A stretch of DNA of 64,000 nt from Clostridia bacterium (GTDB lineage: Bacteria; Bacillota; Clostridia; JAAYHZ01): positions 160,001-224,000 of the forward strand of contig JBMNIH010000003.1 in the NCBI GenBank assembly GCA_050950825.1, written 5' to 3'. Position numbers and translations under genes: made by a program. The notes under the pieces were generated by a model that was given only the letters and a program-made list of their open reading frames with translations, searched no databases and had not been told where the DNA came from. Of the stretch, positions 48,899 to 59,581 are shown in pieces (the first letter of the stretch is position 1; the number at the start of each line of letters is the position of its first letter).

Positions 48899-50464
48899 AT
48901 GAGCGAGTATAAAGAGCTTATGGCCTTAAAAGAAAAAGCCATGTCGAGAAGGAGGGACGTCATATTCGATAATGACGGCGGCGACGTGTTTTACTACAGC
49001 AGCGAAACGAAGCCGGAGGATTTGTTAAGGTCAAGAACCGTCCCCGCATTGGATGCCGGGGTCGACACCTATGTGTATACGACCGGTTGGGGGTTCGGCA
49101 TCGGACTTCACGACAGTAAAGTAGGCAGTGTTTTAACGACAAAAAGAGGAATCGCAAAGGACAACAAAACCGGAGATTTTTTAAAGCTCGGAACGGACTG
49201 TTTAAGGATTACCTCCGAGTACGTGAAAAAAAGAGGGGTGGAGTTTTTCTGGGGAATGAGAATGAACGACACCCACGATGCCGGATACGATAACATCCAT
49301 ATGGACGGAAACAAATTTAAGCAGGAAAACCCCGACGTTTGGTTCGGTAAAGGAATCAAGCACGGTGCCTACACCGCCGTGGATTATAAATCCGAGAAGG
49401 TAAGAGAATTTGCATTGGCATACATTATGGATACGGTTGACCGTTACGATATCGACGGTGTTTTCTTGGACTTTTTCCGACATCCTATATTCTTCCGAAG
49501 CAATGCCATGGGTGAAAAGGCAACGGAAGAAGAAACGAATTTGATGACGGATTTTATGGAAAAGGTTTATCTTGCCATGAACGAACGAAGGCTTCGGGAC
49601 CAAAAGTATTATCTCATCGCCGTTCGCGTTCCGGATTCCGTAGAGTATTCTTTGGCCATCGGATTGGACATTGAAAAGTGGCTTAAAAAAGGATTAGTCG
49701 ACCTTTTTTCCGTAGCGAGCTATTTGCAATTCAATGACTGGACCTACAGCGCCGACTTGGCCAAAAAATATGACGTTCCCGTATATCCTTCCTTAGACGA
49801 ATCCCGAGTTCAGGATGCCTATTCCAGATACAAAAGGAACTGTTTGAAAGCCTATTACGGTCGGATCATGCACGTTTGGGATTCCGGCTGCAACGGTGTT
49901 TTCATGTTTAACAACTCGGGGCTCAAAGATCCCTACCACAACGTGGTTCCGAACAATTGGTTCCTTGATGATGCCGGCGATTTTCGAAAGGCGCTGGAGG
50001 TTACCGCAAGAGGAAAGGATTTCGTAAACACCTTGTCGAAAAGATACTTTACAAGCTTTCGAGGCTCCGGACGCGTTGCAGGCGGATCGTTACCTCATGC
50101 CCGCTATATCAATATTCCCGTTTTGAATCGAAAAGAACCCATCGAAACGTACAAAGGGCCGGCCAATTCCATTCCCATTCGGATATCCGACGACCTTGAT
50201 GAAAATCGTAAAAATCGTATTGTACCCAAAGCAACGTTTTTCATGACGATTTCCGAACAGCCGAATGATCTTCAAATCCGCTGCAACGGCATACCCCTTT
50301 CTTACGAATTTACCTATCTTCAGGATGAAAATGCCGATACGGGGCAATATCTTTTAAAAGGAATATTGCCCGACGGCTCTTTACGAAAAGGTCAAAATGA
50401 ATTTGTCGTTTCAGGGCAAAGCCTTTCCGTATACGATCTTTGGATCGATTTGGACTACGAATAA
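48899..50464 (+). CDS. Putative TIM-barrel glycoside hydrolase-like protein (GHL10-like)
   Basis: IFDNDGGD, GMRMNDTHD, RYDIDGVFLDFFRHP; ATG at 48899 after AAGGAGG. Confidence 0.7.
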   Translation: MSEYKELMALKEKAMSRRRDVIFDNDGGDVFYYSSETKPEDLLRSRTVPALDAGVDTYVYTTGWGFGIGLHDSKVGSVLTTKRGIAKDNKTGDFLKLGTDCLRITSEYVKKRGVEFFWGMRMNDTHDAGYDNIHMDGNKFKQENPDVWFGKGIKHGAYTAVDYKSEKVREFALAYIMDTVDRYDIDGVFLDFFRHPIFFRSNAMGEKATEEETNLMTDFMEKVYLAMNERRLRDQKYYLIAVRVPDSVEYSLAIGLDIEKWLKKGLVDLFSVASYLQFNDWTYSADLAKKYDVPVYPSLDESRVQDAYSRYKRNCLKAYYGRIMHVWDSGCNGVFMFNNSGLKDPYHNVVPNNWFLDDAGDFRKALEVTARGKDFVNTLSKRYFTSFRGSGRVAGGSLPHARYINIPVLNRKEPIETYKGPANSIPIRISDDLDENRKNRIVPKATFFMTISEQPNDLQIRCNGIPLSYEFTYLQDENADTGQYLLKGILPDGSLRKGQNEFVVSGQSLSVYDLWIDLDYE

Positions 50465-50488
50465 CCGATTCGGTATATTCCGAAAAAC

Positions 50489-50529
50489 CGATTCCGTACA
50501 CGGATTTTTACCGCGTACGGAATCTTTTT
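50489..50529 (+). terminator. Intrinsic terminator
   Basis: GATTCCGTAC...GTACGGAATC followed by TTTTT. Confidence 0.75.
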
Positions 50530-50731
50530 GTTTTTACCTCTGCCTTTTTTACATATCAAGTATATTTCCATTGTTCCATCCATTAGATACAGCTGTTATT
50601 TAAAGTAACTTGTTAGTTTAAGATTTTGGACATAATTATATATTTTAAGTCCATAATCTTAATTTACAGCTATTGATTAATCAGGTACAATTATTGCAGG
50701 GGTTACAATCTATTTTAAGGAGGGGTATTAA

Positions 50732-52558
50732 GAGAAAAAGAAGCTTTGGATCTATTTGACGGTAATAGCGTTGTTGCTCGGCATGGCGGCATGCTCCAAA
50801 CAGGAAAGCCCGCCTGCGGAAACAACGCCGGCTGCAACGACCACAACAGCCGCTAAAGTAACCACAACGGCGGCAAAACAGGAGACGACAACAAAGGCTC
50901 CGGAGGAAACCACCATAGAAAATCCCTTTGCAGAATTTATGGAAATAAGTTGGTTGTGCGGTACTTACACATCTCATCTTTACGAAGAAGGCCGTTGGGA
51001 TGAATTGGAGCTGGAAGAAATGTTCAATGTGGATTTAAAACTGTGGAATATACTCATCCACTCCGGCCAAATGGAACAAGTCGAAATGATGCTTGCGGCG
51101 GGTGACGTCCCGGATTTCGGATTCTACTACAAAGACGGATTATATATGTACGATAACAAGCTGTCTCGTACCGTTCCGGAAAAGTTCATTCGTCAATACA
51201 TGCCCAGCCTTGCGAAATTATACGATGAAAACCCGCTGATATGGGAATTCAACAAGGTCGAAGGGCGTGAAGGGGAATACTACGGATTGAACATGGTTTT
51301 GGATACCTACATACGTTCGGACAACGTGCCCCTTTGGAATCTGGATTGGCTGGAAAACTTAGGCTATGTATTAGACGAGCTGGAGCCCTGCGTGTATCCC
51401 AATGAAGGCTTCCATGCCAAGTTTAACGGCTCCTTGTATTTTTCCAATACCATATTCACGGTGGACGAGGTAACGGAAATATTCAGAGCCTTTACGGAAG
51501 ACGACCCGGACGGCAACGGCGTTGACGACACCGCCGCATACCCCGAATCCAACACCTGGTATGAACGCACCATATACGGCATGTTCGGTATCGACAAGAA
51601 CAACAACGTCTTCTACTTGGATGAACTCACCGGTAATGTCGTTCCCTACTATGCCCACAGCTATTACCGAGACTATCTGGTGTGGCTGTCGCAGATGCTG
51701 GAAAAGGGTTATGTAAAAACACTTCCCGGGCTGGATGCAGCCGTCGATGAGCTTGCCAGCGCTTTGAGTACCGGAAAGTTCGGGTTCTTCAATATGAGAA
51801 TTTCTCGAATCAATACGAACTACGGGAACGACGTAGGCACATGGCCTCCTTTGACCATTTTAGAGAACATCGACCCGCAGGCGCGTTTCGTCATCACTCC
51901 GTACATGGGCGAAAACGGAGGCTTAATCCCTTACGGTTATACGCCTGCACAATCCAACCGAGCATTCATCTTCGGAGCCGACGTATCCGACAAAAAAATG
52001 GCTCGCATTCTCCAGCTTTATGAATACTCGTGTTTCGGTGAAGATTGGATGAGATATCGTTTCGGTATCGAAGGGGTTCATTACAAATGGAGCGGCGAAC
52101 CCTATAAGAGCGCTATGATCTTTACGCCTTTGGATAAGATTCCGAAAAAATATGCCGGATCCGTCGATATGGGACAATTCGGCAATACCAACTTCCACAT
52201 CGCAACAGGTGCCGTTATGAACTACGAACCTACCTTCCTCCAGTGGATGGAATACTATCATTCCCGATACACCTACGACGAAATCTTGCTAAGACCGTAT
52301 AAGCTGTACGACTACTCCACCATGCCGATTGAAGTTTACGAAGAGTTCCAAAAGCTGTACCAAGAAACCGGCTCTCAAATTTTTGCCGTAAGAAACGATT
52401 TCACCAATCGAGTCATGAAGGGCGGAGTAGCCAATATCAATGCCGAATGGAGCCAATACCTTGAACAGCTGTATTCGGCAGGTCTTGAAGATTGGATCGA
52501 AATATGGAACAGCGACAGAATCATCACCTATTCCGATCTGGTCAACCCCAAAAGTTAA
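50732..52558 (+). CDS. Carbohydrate ABC-type extracellular solute-binding lipoprotein (start codon anomalous)
   Basis: KKKLWIYLTVIALLLGMAAC signal/lipobox, T/A-rich linker, MLAAGDVPD, DPDGNGVDDT, RFGIEGVHY; nearest canonical start is TTG 50756. Confidence 0.85.
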   Translation, partial: EKKKLWIYLTVIALLLGMAACSKQESPPAETTPAATTTTAAKVTTTAAKQETTTKAPEETTIENPFAEFMEISWLCGTYTSHLYEEGRWDELELEEMFNVDLKLWNILIHSGQMEQVEMMLAAGDVPDFGFYYKDGLYMYDNKLSRTVPEKFIRQYMPSLAKLYDENPLIWEFNKVEGREGEYYGLNMVLDTYIRSDNVPLWNLDWLENLGYVLDELEPCVYPNEGFHAKFNGSLYFSNTIFTVDEVTEIFRAFTEDDPDGNGVDDTAAYPESNTWYERTIYGMFGIDKNNNVFYLDELTGNVVPYYAHSYYRDYLVWLSQMLEKGYVKTLPGLDAAVDELASALSTGKFGFFNMRISRINTNYGNDVGTWPPLTILENIDPQARFVITPYMGENGGLIPYGYTPAQSNRAFIFGADVSDKKMARILQLYEYSCFGEDWMRYRFGIEGVHYKWSGEPYKSAMIFTPLDKIPKKYAGSVDMGQFGNTNFHIATGAVMNYEPTFLQWMEYYHSRYTYDEILLRPYKLYDYSTMPIEVYEEFQKLYQETGSQIFAVRNDFTNRVMKGGVANINAEWSQYLEQLYSAGLEDWIEIWNSDRIITYSDLVNPKS

Positions 52559-52576
52559 AAGAACAAAAGGAATTAC

Positions 52577-52605
52577 AGGGGCTGTTTTGAAAACAGCCTC
52601 TTTTT
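52577..52605 (+). terminator. Intrinsic terminator
   Basis: AGGGGCTGTTTT-G-AAAACAGCCTCT followed by T-run. Confidence 0.75.
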
Positions 52606-52727
52606 ATTATCCATGATTTTGTTGCCCTGCTTTTGGTTTCCATGATATTATGAATACGGGTGGAAAGTCATGAGCAAAAGAATCATAGTATGAATGCTTA
52701 GTTAAAATTGACGAAACGAATTTCAGC

Positions 52728-53519
52728 GTGTTATTGGACGACAATTACTGCGGTCATGCAACCGTGTCGCCCATCCACGATCATCCGGTTTTTGAAGCTC
52801 ATTTTATTCTAAACGGACAATATGTTCTTCAAGCCAACGATCAAAAAATCATCCTTGGCAGCAACACGGGCTGCATAATAAAGCCCAATGTCTTTCACAG
52901 TATACTTCCCATGGATCCCGTCACGATCAAATTTTGTTTCAAGTTTTTTATCGTAAACCCTTCTCCTCTTTTGTCACATATCATGAAGTCTCGTAAGTGG
53001 GAGAAAGGTATTTTCATCTATGACCAAACAACCAAGGAAATCGAGTATCTGAATGAAATTCTTATGGAGTTTGAGCACCGGGATATAGGTTACAAGACAT
53101 CAATCGAGAATCTATTTTCTCAATTGCTTTTGACTATAACGCGAAAAATAATGGATACGCAGCGAACGAAGGAAGACCAAGAGCTAACGGCATACGAGGT
53201 GCTCGTAAACGAGATCGACGAGTTTTTGTACAAAAATTACATGAAAGATATCTCCCTTGCCGATATGGCACGTCATATGGATATCAGCGAAAGGCAAGTA
53301 AACAGGCTCATGCTCAAGGTATACGGGTCATCCTTTAAGCGGAAGGTTATACAAATCAGGCTCACCGCCGCAAAGAACATGCTTTTGCAAAACAGCGATA
53401 TGACGGTAGCGCAAATCGCCGAAGCCGTAGGGTATAACGATCCCTATTACTTTTCCCGAGTATTTAAAAACTCCACCGGCAAATCCCCGGAGGAGTTTCG
53501 TCGTAAAGCGGATTCTTAA
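52728..53519 (+). CDS. AraC family transcriptional regulator (5' end possibly frameshifted)
   Basis: HDHPVFEAH cupin; IAEAVGYNDPYYFSRVFK...SPEEFR. Confidence 0.88.
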   Translation: MLLDDNYCGHATVSPIHDHPVFEAHFILNGQYVLQANDQKIILGSNTGCIIKPNVFHSILPMDPVTIKFCFKFFIVNPSPLLSHIMKSRKWEKGIFIYDQTTKEIEYLNEILMEFEHRDIGYKTSIENLFSQLLLTITRKIMDTQRTKEDQELTAYEVLVNEIDEFLYKNYMKDISLADMARHMDISERQVNRLMLKVYGSSFKRKVIQIRLTAAKNMLLQNSDMTVAQIAEAVGYNDPYYFSRVFKNSTGKSPEEFRRKADS

Positions 53520-53526
53520 AGTTACA

Positions 53527-55482
53527 TTATCCCAATCGTATCTCCAAAGGCTTGTAATTTTTCTGAACGATTCTTCTCGCTTCCTCAACCGGCATATGCT
53601 TGTAGAAGAAATAGCCTTGGTAGAAAGAGCAACCGAGCTCTTTTAAAAGCTCGAACTGTTCCTCCGTTTCCACTCCTTCGCAAAGAACTCGAATGTTTAG
53701 ATTGTGAGCAAGTCGGATAATGCTTTGCAGGAGTGCAACTCCCGACGGGTCGGTGGCTCCGGAGATAATCACCCGGCTGATTTTCATAACATCCACGGGA
53801 TAATCCCGAAAGTCCGAAAAAGAGGTATAACCGCTTCCCACATCATCCAAGGCGATTCCGAAGCCTAAAGACTTGCAGAAGGATATATTTTCATAAGCCG
53901 TCTTTTTATCTTTTTCCAATGAGTTCTCGGTAATTTCCAATATAAAGTTCTTGGGGTCAAAGTCATACCGCTCAACAATCTCTTTAATTCTTGACATGAA
54001 ATTGGGATTGTCGATGGTGGTCCGGTCAAAGTTACTGGACAAAACGATATCGATTCCTTTCTCCTTCCATTCCGCCAGCTGCTTACACGTCTTTTCGAAC
54101 ATGTACAAATCCAACTCGAAAACGGTGCCTTCATGCTCCATGATTTCAATATATTTTGTAGGCATCAAAAGACCCTTTAAGGGATGCTCCCAGCGGGACA
54201 AAACCTCTCCTCCTACAATGTTTCGGCTCCGGTCCACAATAAACTGAACGTACATTTTGAACTGGTTTTTCGTAAGGGCGTCGATGGAATCTTTCTTAAG
54301 CCGGTTGTCTTCCGTTATCATGTCCAGCAATTCCGTATCGGAAATCATATAGGGAACGTTTTTTTCCACCGCCTGCAAATACCCGTGCTGCGCATTGGCA
54401 ATTACCGTCGAGACATCCCGATCCGTATTTTTTATTCTATAAATGCCGCTGTAGAACCGAGGTCGAAAATCCTTTCCGAACTTTTCTCCGTATCGGTTCA
54501 ATTCGTAAAGGATCTCGGATATCCAACCGTCGATTTCTTCCTCTTCGCAAATATGAGCCACCGCAAAGCTGCCGCCTCCGATTCGGGCTACAATATCGCT
54601 TGCCGATGACATCTCCGTGAGCTTCTTTGCGGCGAATATAAGGATGTTTTCCGATTCGTCATAGCCGTAATACCGGTTTACTCGAACAATGTCAAAACCG
54701 ATATAGGCAATGGCATAAGAATACCCGGCCGAATCTTTTAGAATAGGGCGTAGAACCTGATGAAAGTATTCTTTTTTTTCGATACCGGTTACCGAGTCAA
54801 TGGTTTTGCCTTCATAAAGCCTTTTATGCTTATCATGCAGGGTGAGAGATAATATAACGAGGGAGGATAATAAAAGTATGCCTATCGTGAAAGCTATACC
54901 GTGCAAAACTACCGGAAAATTGGTTCTCCCGTTATATGCCACGTAGGATAAAGCGGTGCGGAGAATCTCTTCATCCGATATATCGGACAGCGCTTTTTCA
55001 AAGGCATCGATAAACTCCTGTCCTGCAGCCTTTGAATAACCGAAACAGATTTCACGGATTTCACCGTCGATTTCCATCTCGAAAATCACTTCGCTTAACT
55101 TGATTCCGGCTTGCTTTATATCCTCTTGGTCCTTTAAAAGCCCCGAAACAAGTATCGCTTGGCCGCTTGAAGCCACATCGAATCTTTGATCCTCTTCTCC
55201 GGCGGCTATGTAAACAAAGTCAAGCCCTGTTTTCTCGGATATCCTCTTCAGTATTTCCGGCATAACTCCTTTGTATTGAACATCGCAATAATCATAGTAT
55301 TCAACGGGATAAAAATCGGGGTTTCCTACTACATATATAGCGTTTGAATCGGTTGTCGTAGATTTGACGGTATCTACTGCGGCAAAAAGATATACGCCGC
55401 AAAACAGGAAAAGAATAACCGCAAGCGGCATTCCGATCCATTTTATAATGCGCTTATGAGGCTTGTAATTCTTTTTTTGCAT
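53527..55482 (-). CDS. Membrane c-di-GMP phosphodiesterase: PBP-like sensor + degenerate GGDEF + EAL
   Basis: Two TMs; GGGSF in place of GGDEF; EVLSRW, LEITE, LDDVGSGY, EGVE. Confidence 0.87.
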   Translation of the reverse strand: MQKKNYKPHKRIIKWIGMPLAVILFLFCGVYLFAAVDTVKSTTTDSNAIYVVGNPDFYPVEYYDYCDVQYKGVMPEILKRISEKTGLDFVYIAAGEEDQRFDVASSGQAILVSGLLKDQEDIKQAGIKLSEVIFEMEIDGEIREICFGYSKAAGQEFIDAFEKALSDISDEEILRTALSYVAYNGRTNFPVVLHGIAFTIGILLLSSLVILSLTLHDKHKRLYEGKTIDSVTGIEKKEYFHQVLRPILKDSAGYSYAIAYIGFDIVRVNRYYGYDESENILIFAAKKLTEMSSASDIVARIGGGSFAVAHICEEEEIDGWISEILYELNRYGEKFGKDFRPRFYSGIYRIKNTDRDVSTVIANAQHGYLQAVEKNVPYMISDTELLDMITEDNRLKKDSIDALTKNQFKMYVQFIVDRSRNIVGGEVLSRWEHPLKGLLMPTKYIEIMEHEGTVFELDLYMFEKTCKQLAEWKEKGIDIVLSSNFDRTTIDNPNFMSRIKEIVERYDFDPKNFILEITENSLEKDKKTAYENISFCKSLGFGIALDDVGSGYTSFSDFRDYPVDVMKISRVIISGATDPSGVALLQSIIRLAHNLNIRVLCEGVETEEQFELLKELGCSFYQGYFFYKHMPVEEARRIVQKNYKPLEIRLG

Positions 55483-55963
55483 ACCGATATCCTTCCATTA
55501 ATCGTTGTTCGTCTTAAATTTTCTAACGCCGCTCCGTCGGAGCCTCCATATATCGATAAAAGCCGTCCCTTATTGCCAATGGCGTCGGCAAACTTTAGAA
55601 AAGTCAACCCAAAGAAACATGAAAAACGCCGTTATTACAGTATTCGAAAAAGATATCTATAATTTACGGTTTTATTTCTTAAGAAATATTTTTATATTTC
55701 TTATGTATATTATATCAATAATTAGTACCAAACCGGTCGAAAATTTTCAAAAATCTCCATGTATAAGTACAAAAATTTTTATAGCATTTTCCCTTGCTAC
55801 CTCGTTTTCTCACTCGAGTAATAAAAAAGCTGTTTGAAATAAAACTTTCTATTCAGCTTTCGACTCTATGTTCCGGCTTTTTTCCCTTATGTTACCATAT
55901 TTATGACATGAATTCAATATGCTCCTTCGATTTTAGTCTATTTTTTGTTAAACTTCACCGAAA

Positions 55964-55990
55964 AAACCGGGATCTTGCTTGATCCCGGTT
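55964..55990 (-). terminator. Intrinsic terminator
   Basis: AACCGGGATC-N6-GATCCCGGTT with flanking A-run. Confidence 0.75.
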
Positions 55991-56007
55991 ATAACTTCCT
56001 TAATTTT

Positions 56008-56889
56008 CTAATCGGTAATTTTTAATTTAAATAATTCTACTGCATTTTTCCACTTAATTTTTTCTACGGCGTCTTTCGATATCTTTTTCTCTTCTTCTAT
56101 CCGGCGAATGAAGTCAACATTCGGATAGACTTTTTTAACGTCACTTCTTAAGCACGAATCGGTTCCGAACATCAATTTATCCTGAAATTCGTCAAGAAAT
56201 TCAATGCCAAAGGAAGGGTCTCGGGTCAGAGCGTTGTAACCGCTTCCTGCGGAAAGATCCGCCCACAAATTGGGGTATTCCCGCATCAGACGCGACACGG
56301 CACCTCCGGGTTGTATAGATCCCTTCGGATATCCGGAACGCATATTTTCCGGAACATGAGCGGATATTTCCGCCCAAAAGGTAGGACCATGACCTACAAA
56401 GACGGTATCGGGACAAAGCTTCAATGCCCGTTCCAATTTAGGTAGCCCGTAATCGTCACGAAGGCCGTATCCCTCCGGACGGTCCTGCATATCGAATATT
56501 ATGGGTAAACCGTACTTGCCCACTTGACGATACAGGTTGATGCACAAAGGATCGTCGAAATCCGCTTTCGGCAAAAATTCTCCGAAACCGATGCATCCCC
56601 GTGCCGTATACTCATCCAACAGATAGGAAAAGTCCATATTTTTATGGTTTCCGAAACGATGATCAATCAAGCAAAACGGAATCAAGCGATCGGGATACTT
56701 GGAACATGCGGCGATTACATCATCGGTGTCGCATTCCATGTACGCTCCTTCGGGATGTTCGCTTAAAGGTAAAACAAAGGTGATGTCGATTCCCCAAACA
56801 TCCATTTTAGCGATCAGGTTGTCGGCATCGATAAACTCTCTTCGATCCGGCACAACCCGTCCGATATGTCCATGGACATCAATTAACAT
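56008..56889 (-). CDS. Amidohydrolase family 2 protein
   Basis: IDVHGH, GFGE, FVGHG, ADLSAGSG, MFGTD. Confidence 0.88.
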   Translation of the reverse strand: MLIDVHGHIGRVVPDRREFIDADNLIAKMDVWGIDITFVLPLSEHPEGAYMECDTDDVIAACSKYPDRLIPFCLIDHRFGNHKNMDFSYLLDEYTARGCIGFGEFLPKADFDDPLCINLYRQVGKYGLPIIFDMQDRPEGYGLRDDYGLPKLERALKLCPDTVFVGHGPTFWAEISAHVPENMRSGYPKGSIQPGGAVSRLMREYPNLWADLSAGSGYNALTRDPSFGIEFLDEFQDKLMFGTDSCLRSDVKKVYPNVDFIRRIEEEKKISKDAVEKIKWKNAVELFKLKITD

Positions 56890-57210
56890 GATTCAATACC
56901 TCCTTACATTTTGGCGAATAGAGGTTCAACCTCTTTCAGTCAGCGGAAAGAATCTTACTATGTCCATTCTATAATAGCAGAAAAAATTAAATACAACCGA
57001 AATATTTGGCTATGGATTCGATATATTCTTCGTAAGATCTTTTAACGGCGGAAACGGACTCCCATACGATTTTCATCATCATTTTTCTTGTTTCAGCGGA
57101 GGACTCATGATTTTTCTCTCCATTTCCATCTCTTATATAAAGATTACAGCACATCAAGAAGCAAAATACGGTATTTCATTATTTCCGAAAGCACGATGAT
57201 CATAGCCATA

Positions 57211-57792
57211 TCAGAAAACATAATAGACGATAAAACCTGCCGCACCGCCTAACAAAAGAGTGAGAATCGGATTTATTTTATACCTCAGCTGAACGATAAG
57301 GGCAAGAACCATAATAACCACCGCTCCGATGCTGACGGCATGGACCGGTTCTTTGAATAACCCGGAAAACACCGCAACGGTTTTTTCCGTAAACAAAGCG
57401 GTTTTCGCAATTACAAAGGAAGCGGCAATCACCATCCCGGTTATAACCGGCCGAATTCCGTAAAAAGCCATGATTTTGTCCGGGTGGCTTTTGTATTTGA
57501 TAAAAAGCCGAGATACAAGGAAAATAATCAGCATGGAGGGAAGGGCGACGCCTAGAGTTGCGACAATGCCTCCTAAAAATCCTCCGGTGTTGTATCCCAC
57601 AAAAGTAGCCGCGTTCACGGCGATAGGTCCGGGCGTCATTTCGGCGATCACAATAATACGGGACAGCTGCTCCGCCGTCAACCATCCGTACTCCGACACC
57701 GTTTTTTGCAGCATGGGAATCATGGCGTATCCGCCGCCAAAGCTGAACAAACCGATTAAAGCGAATTCCCAAAACAATTTTAAATAGATCAT
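57211..57792 (-). CDS. Short-chain chromate transporter family protein
   Basis: FSFGGGYA, EMTPGP, NAATFVG. Confidence 0.9.
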   Translation of the reverse strand: MIYLKLFWEFALIGLFSFGGGYAMIPMLQKTVSEYGWLTAEQLSRIIVIAEMTPGPIAVNAATFVGYNTGGFLGGIVATLGVALPSMLIIFLVSRLFIKYKSHPDKIMAFYGIRPVITGMVIAASFVIAKTALFTEKTVAVFSGLFKEPVHAVSIGAVVIMVLALIVQLRYKINPILTLLLGGAAGFIVYYVF

Positions 57793-58382
57793 TGGTCCCG
57801 CTCCTTTCCCAGCACTTTTTTCGCTTTGTCAGGAAACAAGCGGCGAATGACAATACCGACCAATGCTCCGGAGAAAATCAACAAAGGAGCGTTCACATGA
57901 AAGACCGTAAGGAGCAAGACGGTGGCAACGGCAATCAGCAAGCCCACCGTATCGTTGATCGTTCTTTTCCACATCCGAACGGCCGCCGTGACAATAAGCG
58001 CCACGATCACCGGCTGTATCCCTTTAAATACGGCATCAATAAGGGGATTGATTTCGACATTTGTAAACAAGGACGCAATCAGCGTTATGATGATCACCGA
58101 AGGCAAAACAATTCCTGCGGTTGCAAAAATAGCCCCGATTCTTCCTGCAAGCTTGTATCCGATAAAGGTGGATGCGTTAATGGCTATGGCACCGGGTATC
58201 GTTTGGGATGCGGCAAATATATCGATAATTTCATCTTTTTTAACCCACCCTTTTTTATCGATCACTTCCTTCTCAATCAAAGGGATCATGGCAAAGCCTC
58301 CACCGAAAGTAAAGGAGCCGATCTTAAAAAAGGTACGGAACAATTCAAACAAAAACGAAAAGCTTTTTCTCTCTTTCAACAA
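57789..58382 (-). CDS. Short-chain chromate transporter family protein
   Basis: FTFGGGFA, QTIPGA, coupled to the paralog. Confidence 0.9.
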   Translation of the reverse strand: MLKERKSFSFLFELFRTFFKIGSFTFGGGFAMIPLIEKEVIDKKGWVKKDEIIDIFAASQTIPGAIAINASTFIGYKLAGRIGAIFATAGIVLPSVIIITLIASLFTNVEINPLIDAVFKGIQPVIVALIVTAAVRMWKRTINDTVGLLIAVATVLLLTVFHVNAPLLIFSGALVGIVIRRLFPDKAKKVLGKERDQ

Positions 58383-58614
58383 TCAAACCTCCCGATAGTT
58401 ATATCCCAAACGACTAATTTTCGTTTCGAACAAAAGTCGTCCATTTACAGGGTATAAAATAATCAATCCCTACTTCATTATATGATCTTTTAACCATTTT
58501 GGCAATAAGTAAAGAAAAGCTTAACCGGAATTTTACGTAAAAAAAGACGGAAAACCTCAATTATCTTTCCGTCTTAACCCTGATATATAAATGTAATAAG
58601 AATGTGAGGTCGAA

Positions 58615-59577
58615 TCAATATCCTTCGTTGAAGTCTACAACGTTGTTCATCGGTTCCTTCGCCAAGTATTTTTCCAAATTCGTCATGAAGATTTCAAAGT
58701 TGCGATTAATGCTTGTAGGCGAAAGGCCGGAGGAATGGCACGTAATGATTACGTTGGGCATTGACCAAAGGGGATTGTCTTTAGGCAGAGGTTCGGGAAC
58801 CGTTACGTCCAGTCCTGCACCGGCGATCCTTTCTTCTCTTAACGCTTCGATCAGTGCATCTTGGTCAATAGCGGATCCTCTTCCTAAGTTCACCACAAAA
58901 GCCGTCTTCTTCAGCTTGGCAATCCGTTCTTTGGATAAAAATCCTCTTGTTTTCGGGGTATCGGGAAGGGCGATCACAACGACGTCCGCCCGCTCCAATA
59001 AAGGATCCGGATTGCTTTCCGTATACAGCTCGTCCACATAATCCGGCTTTTCCGACAAGGTGCGCTTTACGGCGATAACGTATGCGCCTAGAGCCTTGCA
59101 GCGTTTGGCCGTTTCTCTTCCGATATCGCCTAAGCCGATGATTCCTACCGTGGAGCCGAAAAAGTCTCTTACCGGAAGAACCTTTTCCCAATGAGCCCTT
59201 TCACCGTTTCTCACATACGTATGAATGGCTCTGTTAAAAGCGAAAATAAGAGCGATGGCATGCTCCGCCATGGGTTTTCCGAAGGTTCCGCCGGACGTGG
59301 TTAACACCACCTCCTTCTCCCCGTAAACCTCTTTTCGGTTGTAATGGTCCGCTCCGGCGCTGGGAAGATGAAGCCACTTTAAATGCCTTGCATCCTTTAG
59401 CCATTCGATTTTCGGCCAGCCGAATATGATTTCGGCGGATTCCACATGCTCTTTTGTAACCTCTTGGCTCGGTATGGCCGACAAGTCGTATTCTTTCGCC
59501 AAATTTTTCGCCCTATCCAAATCTTCCTTGGAAAACATAAAAGGCGGTGTCAGCATAATCAACATATTCTTCTTCAT
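58615..59577 (-). CDS. D-2-hydroxyacid dehydrogenase family protein
   Basis: SAGAD, GIIGLGDIG, VNLGRG, LDVTVPEPLP, ITCH. Confidence 0.92.
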   Translation of the reverse strand: MKKNMLIMLTPPFMFSKEDLDRAKNLAKEYDLSAIPSQEVTKEHVESAEIIFGWPKIEWLKDARHLKWLHLPSAGADHYNRKEVYGEKEVVLTTSGGTFGKPMAEHAIALIFAFNRAIHTYVRNGERAHWEKVLPVRDFFGSTVGIIGLGDIGRETAKRCKALGAYVIAVKRTLSEKPDYVDELYTESNPDPLLERADVVVIALPDTPKTRGFLSKERIAKLKKTAFVVNLGRGSAIDQDALIEALREERIAGAGLDVTVPEPLPKDNPLWSMPNVIITCHSSGLSPTSINRNFEIFMTNLEKYLAKEPMNNVVDFNEGY

Positions 59578-59581
59578 AGTA

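Noticed and set aside
50810-50915. ACAAC-rich repeats
   Set aside because: Thr/Ala-rich linker of the binding lipoprotein
55483-56007. Long AT-rich intergenic region with short ORFs
   Set aside because: No repeats, convincing structure or coding signal beyond a terminator
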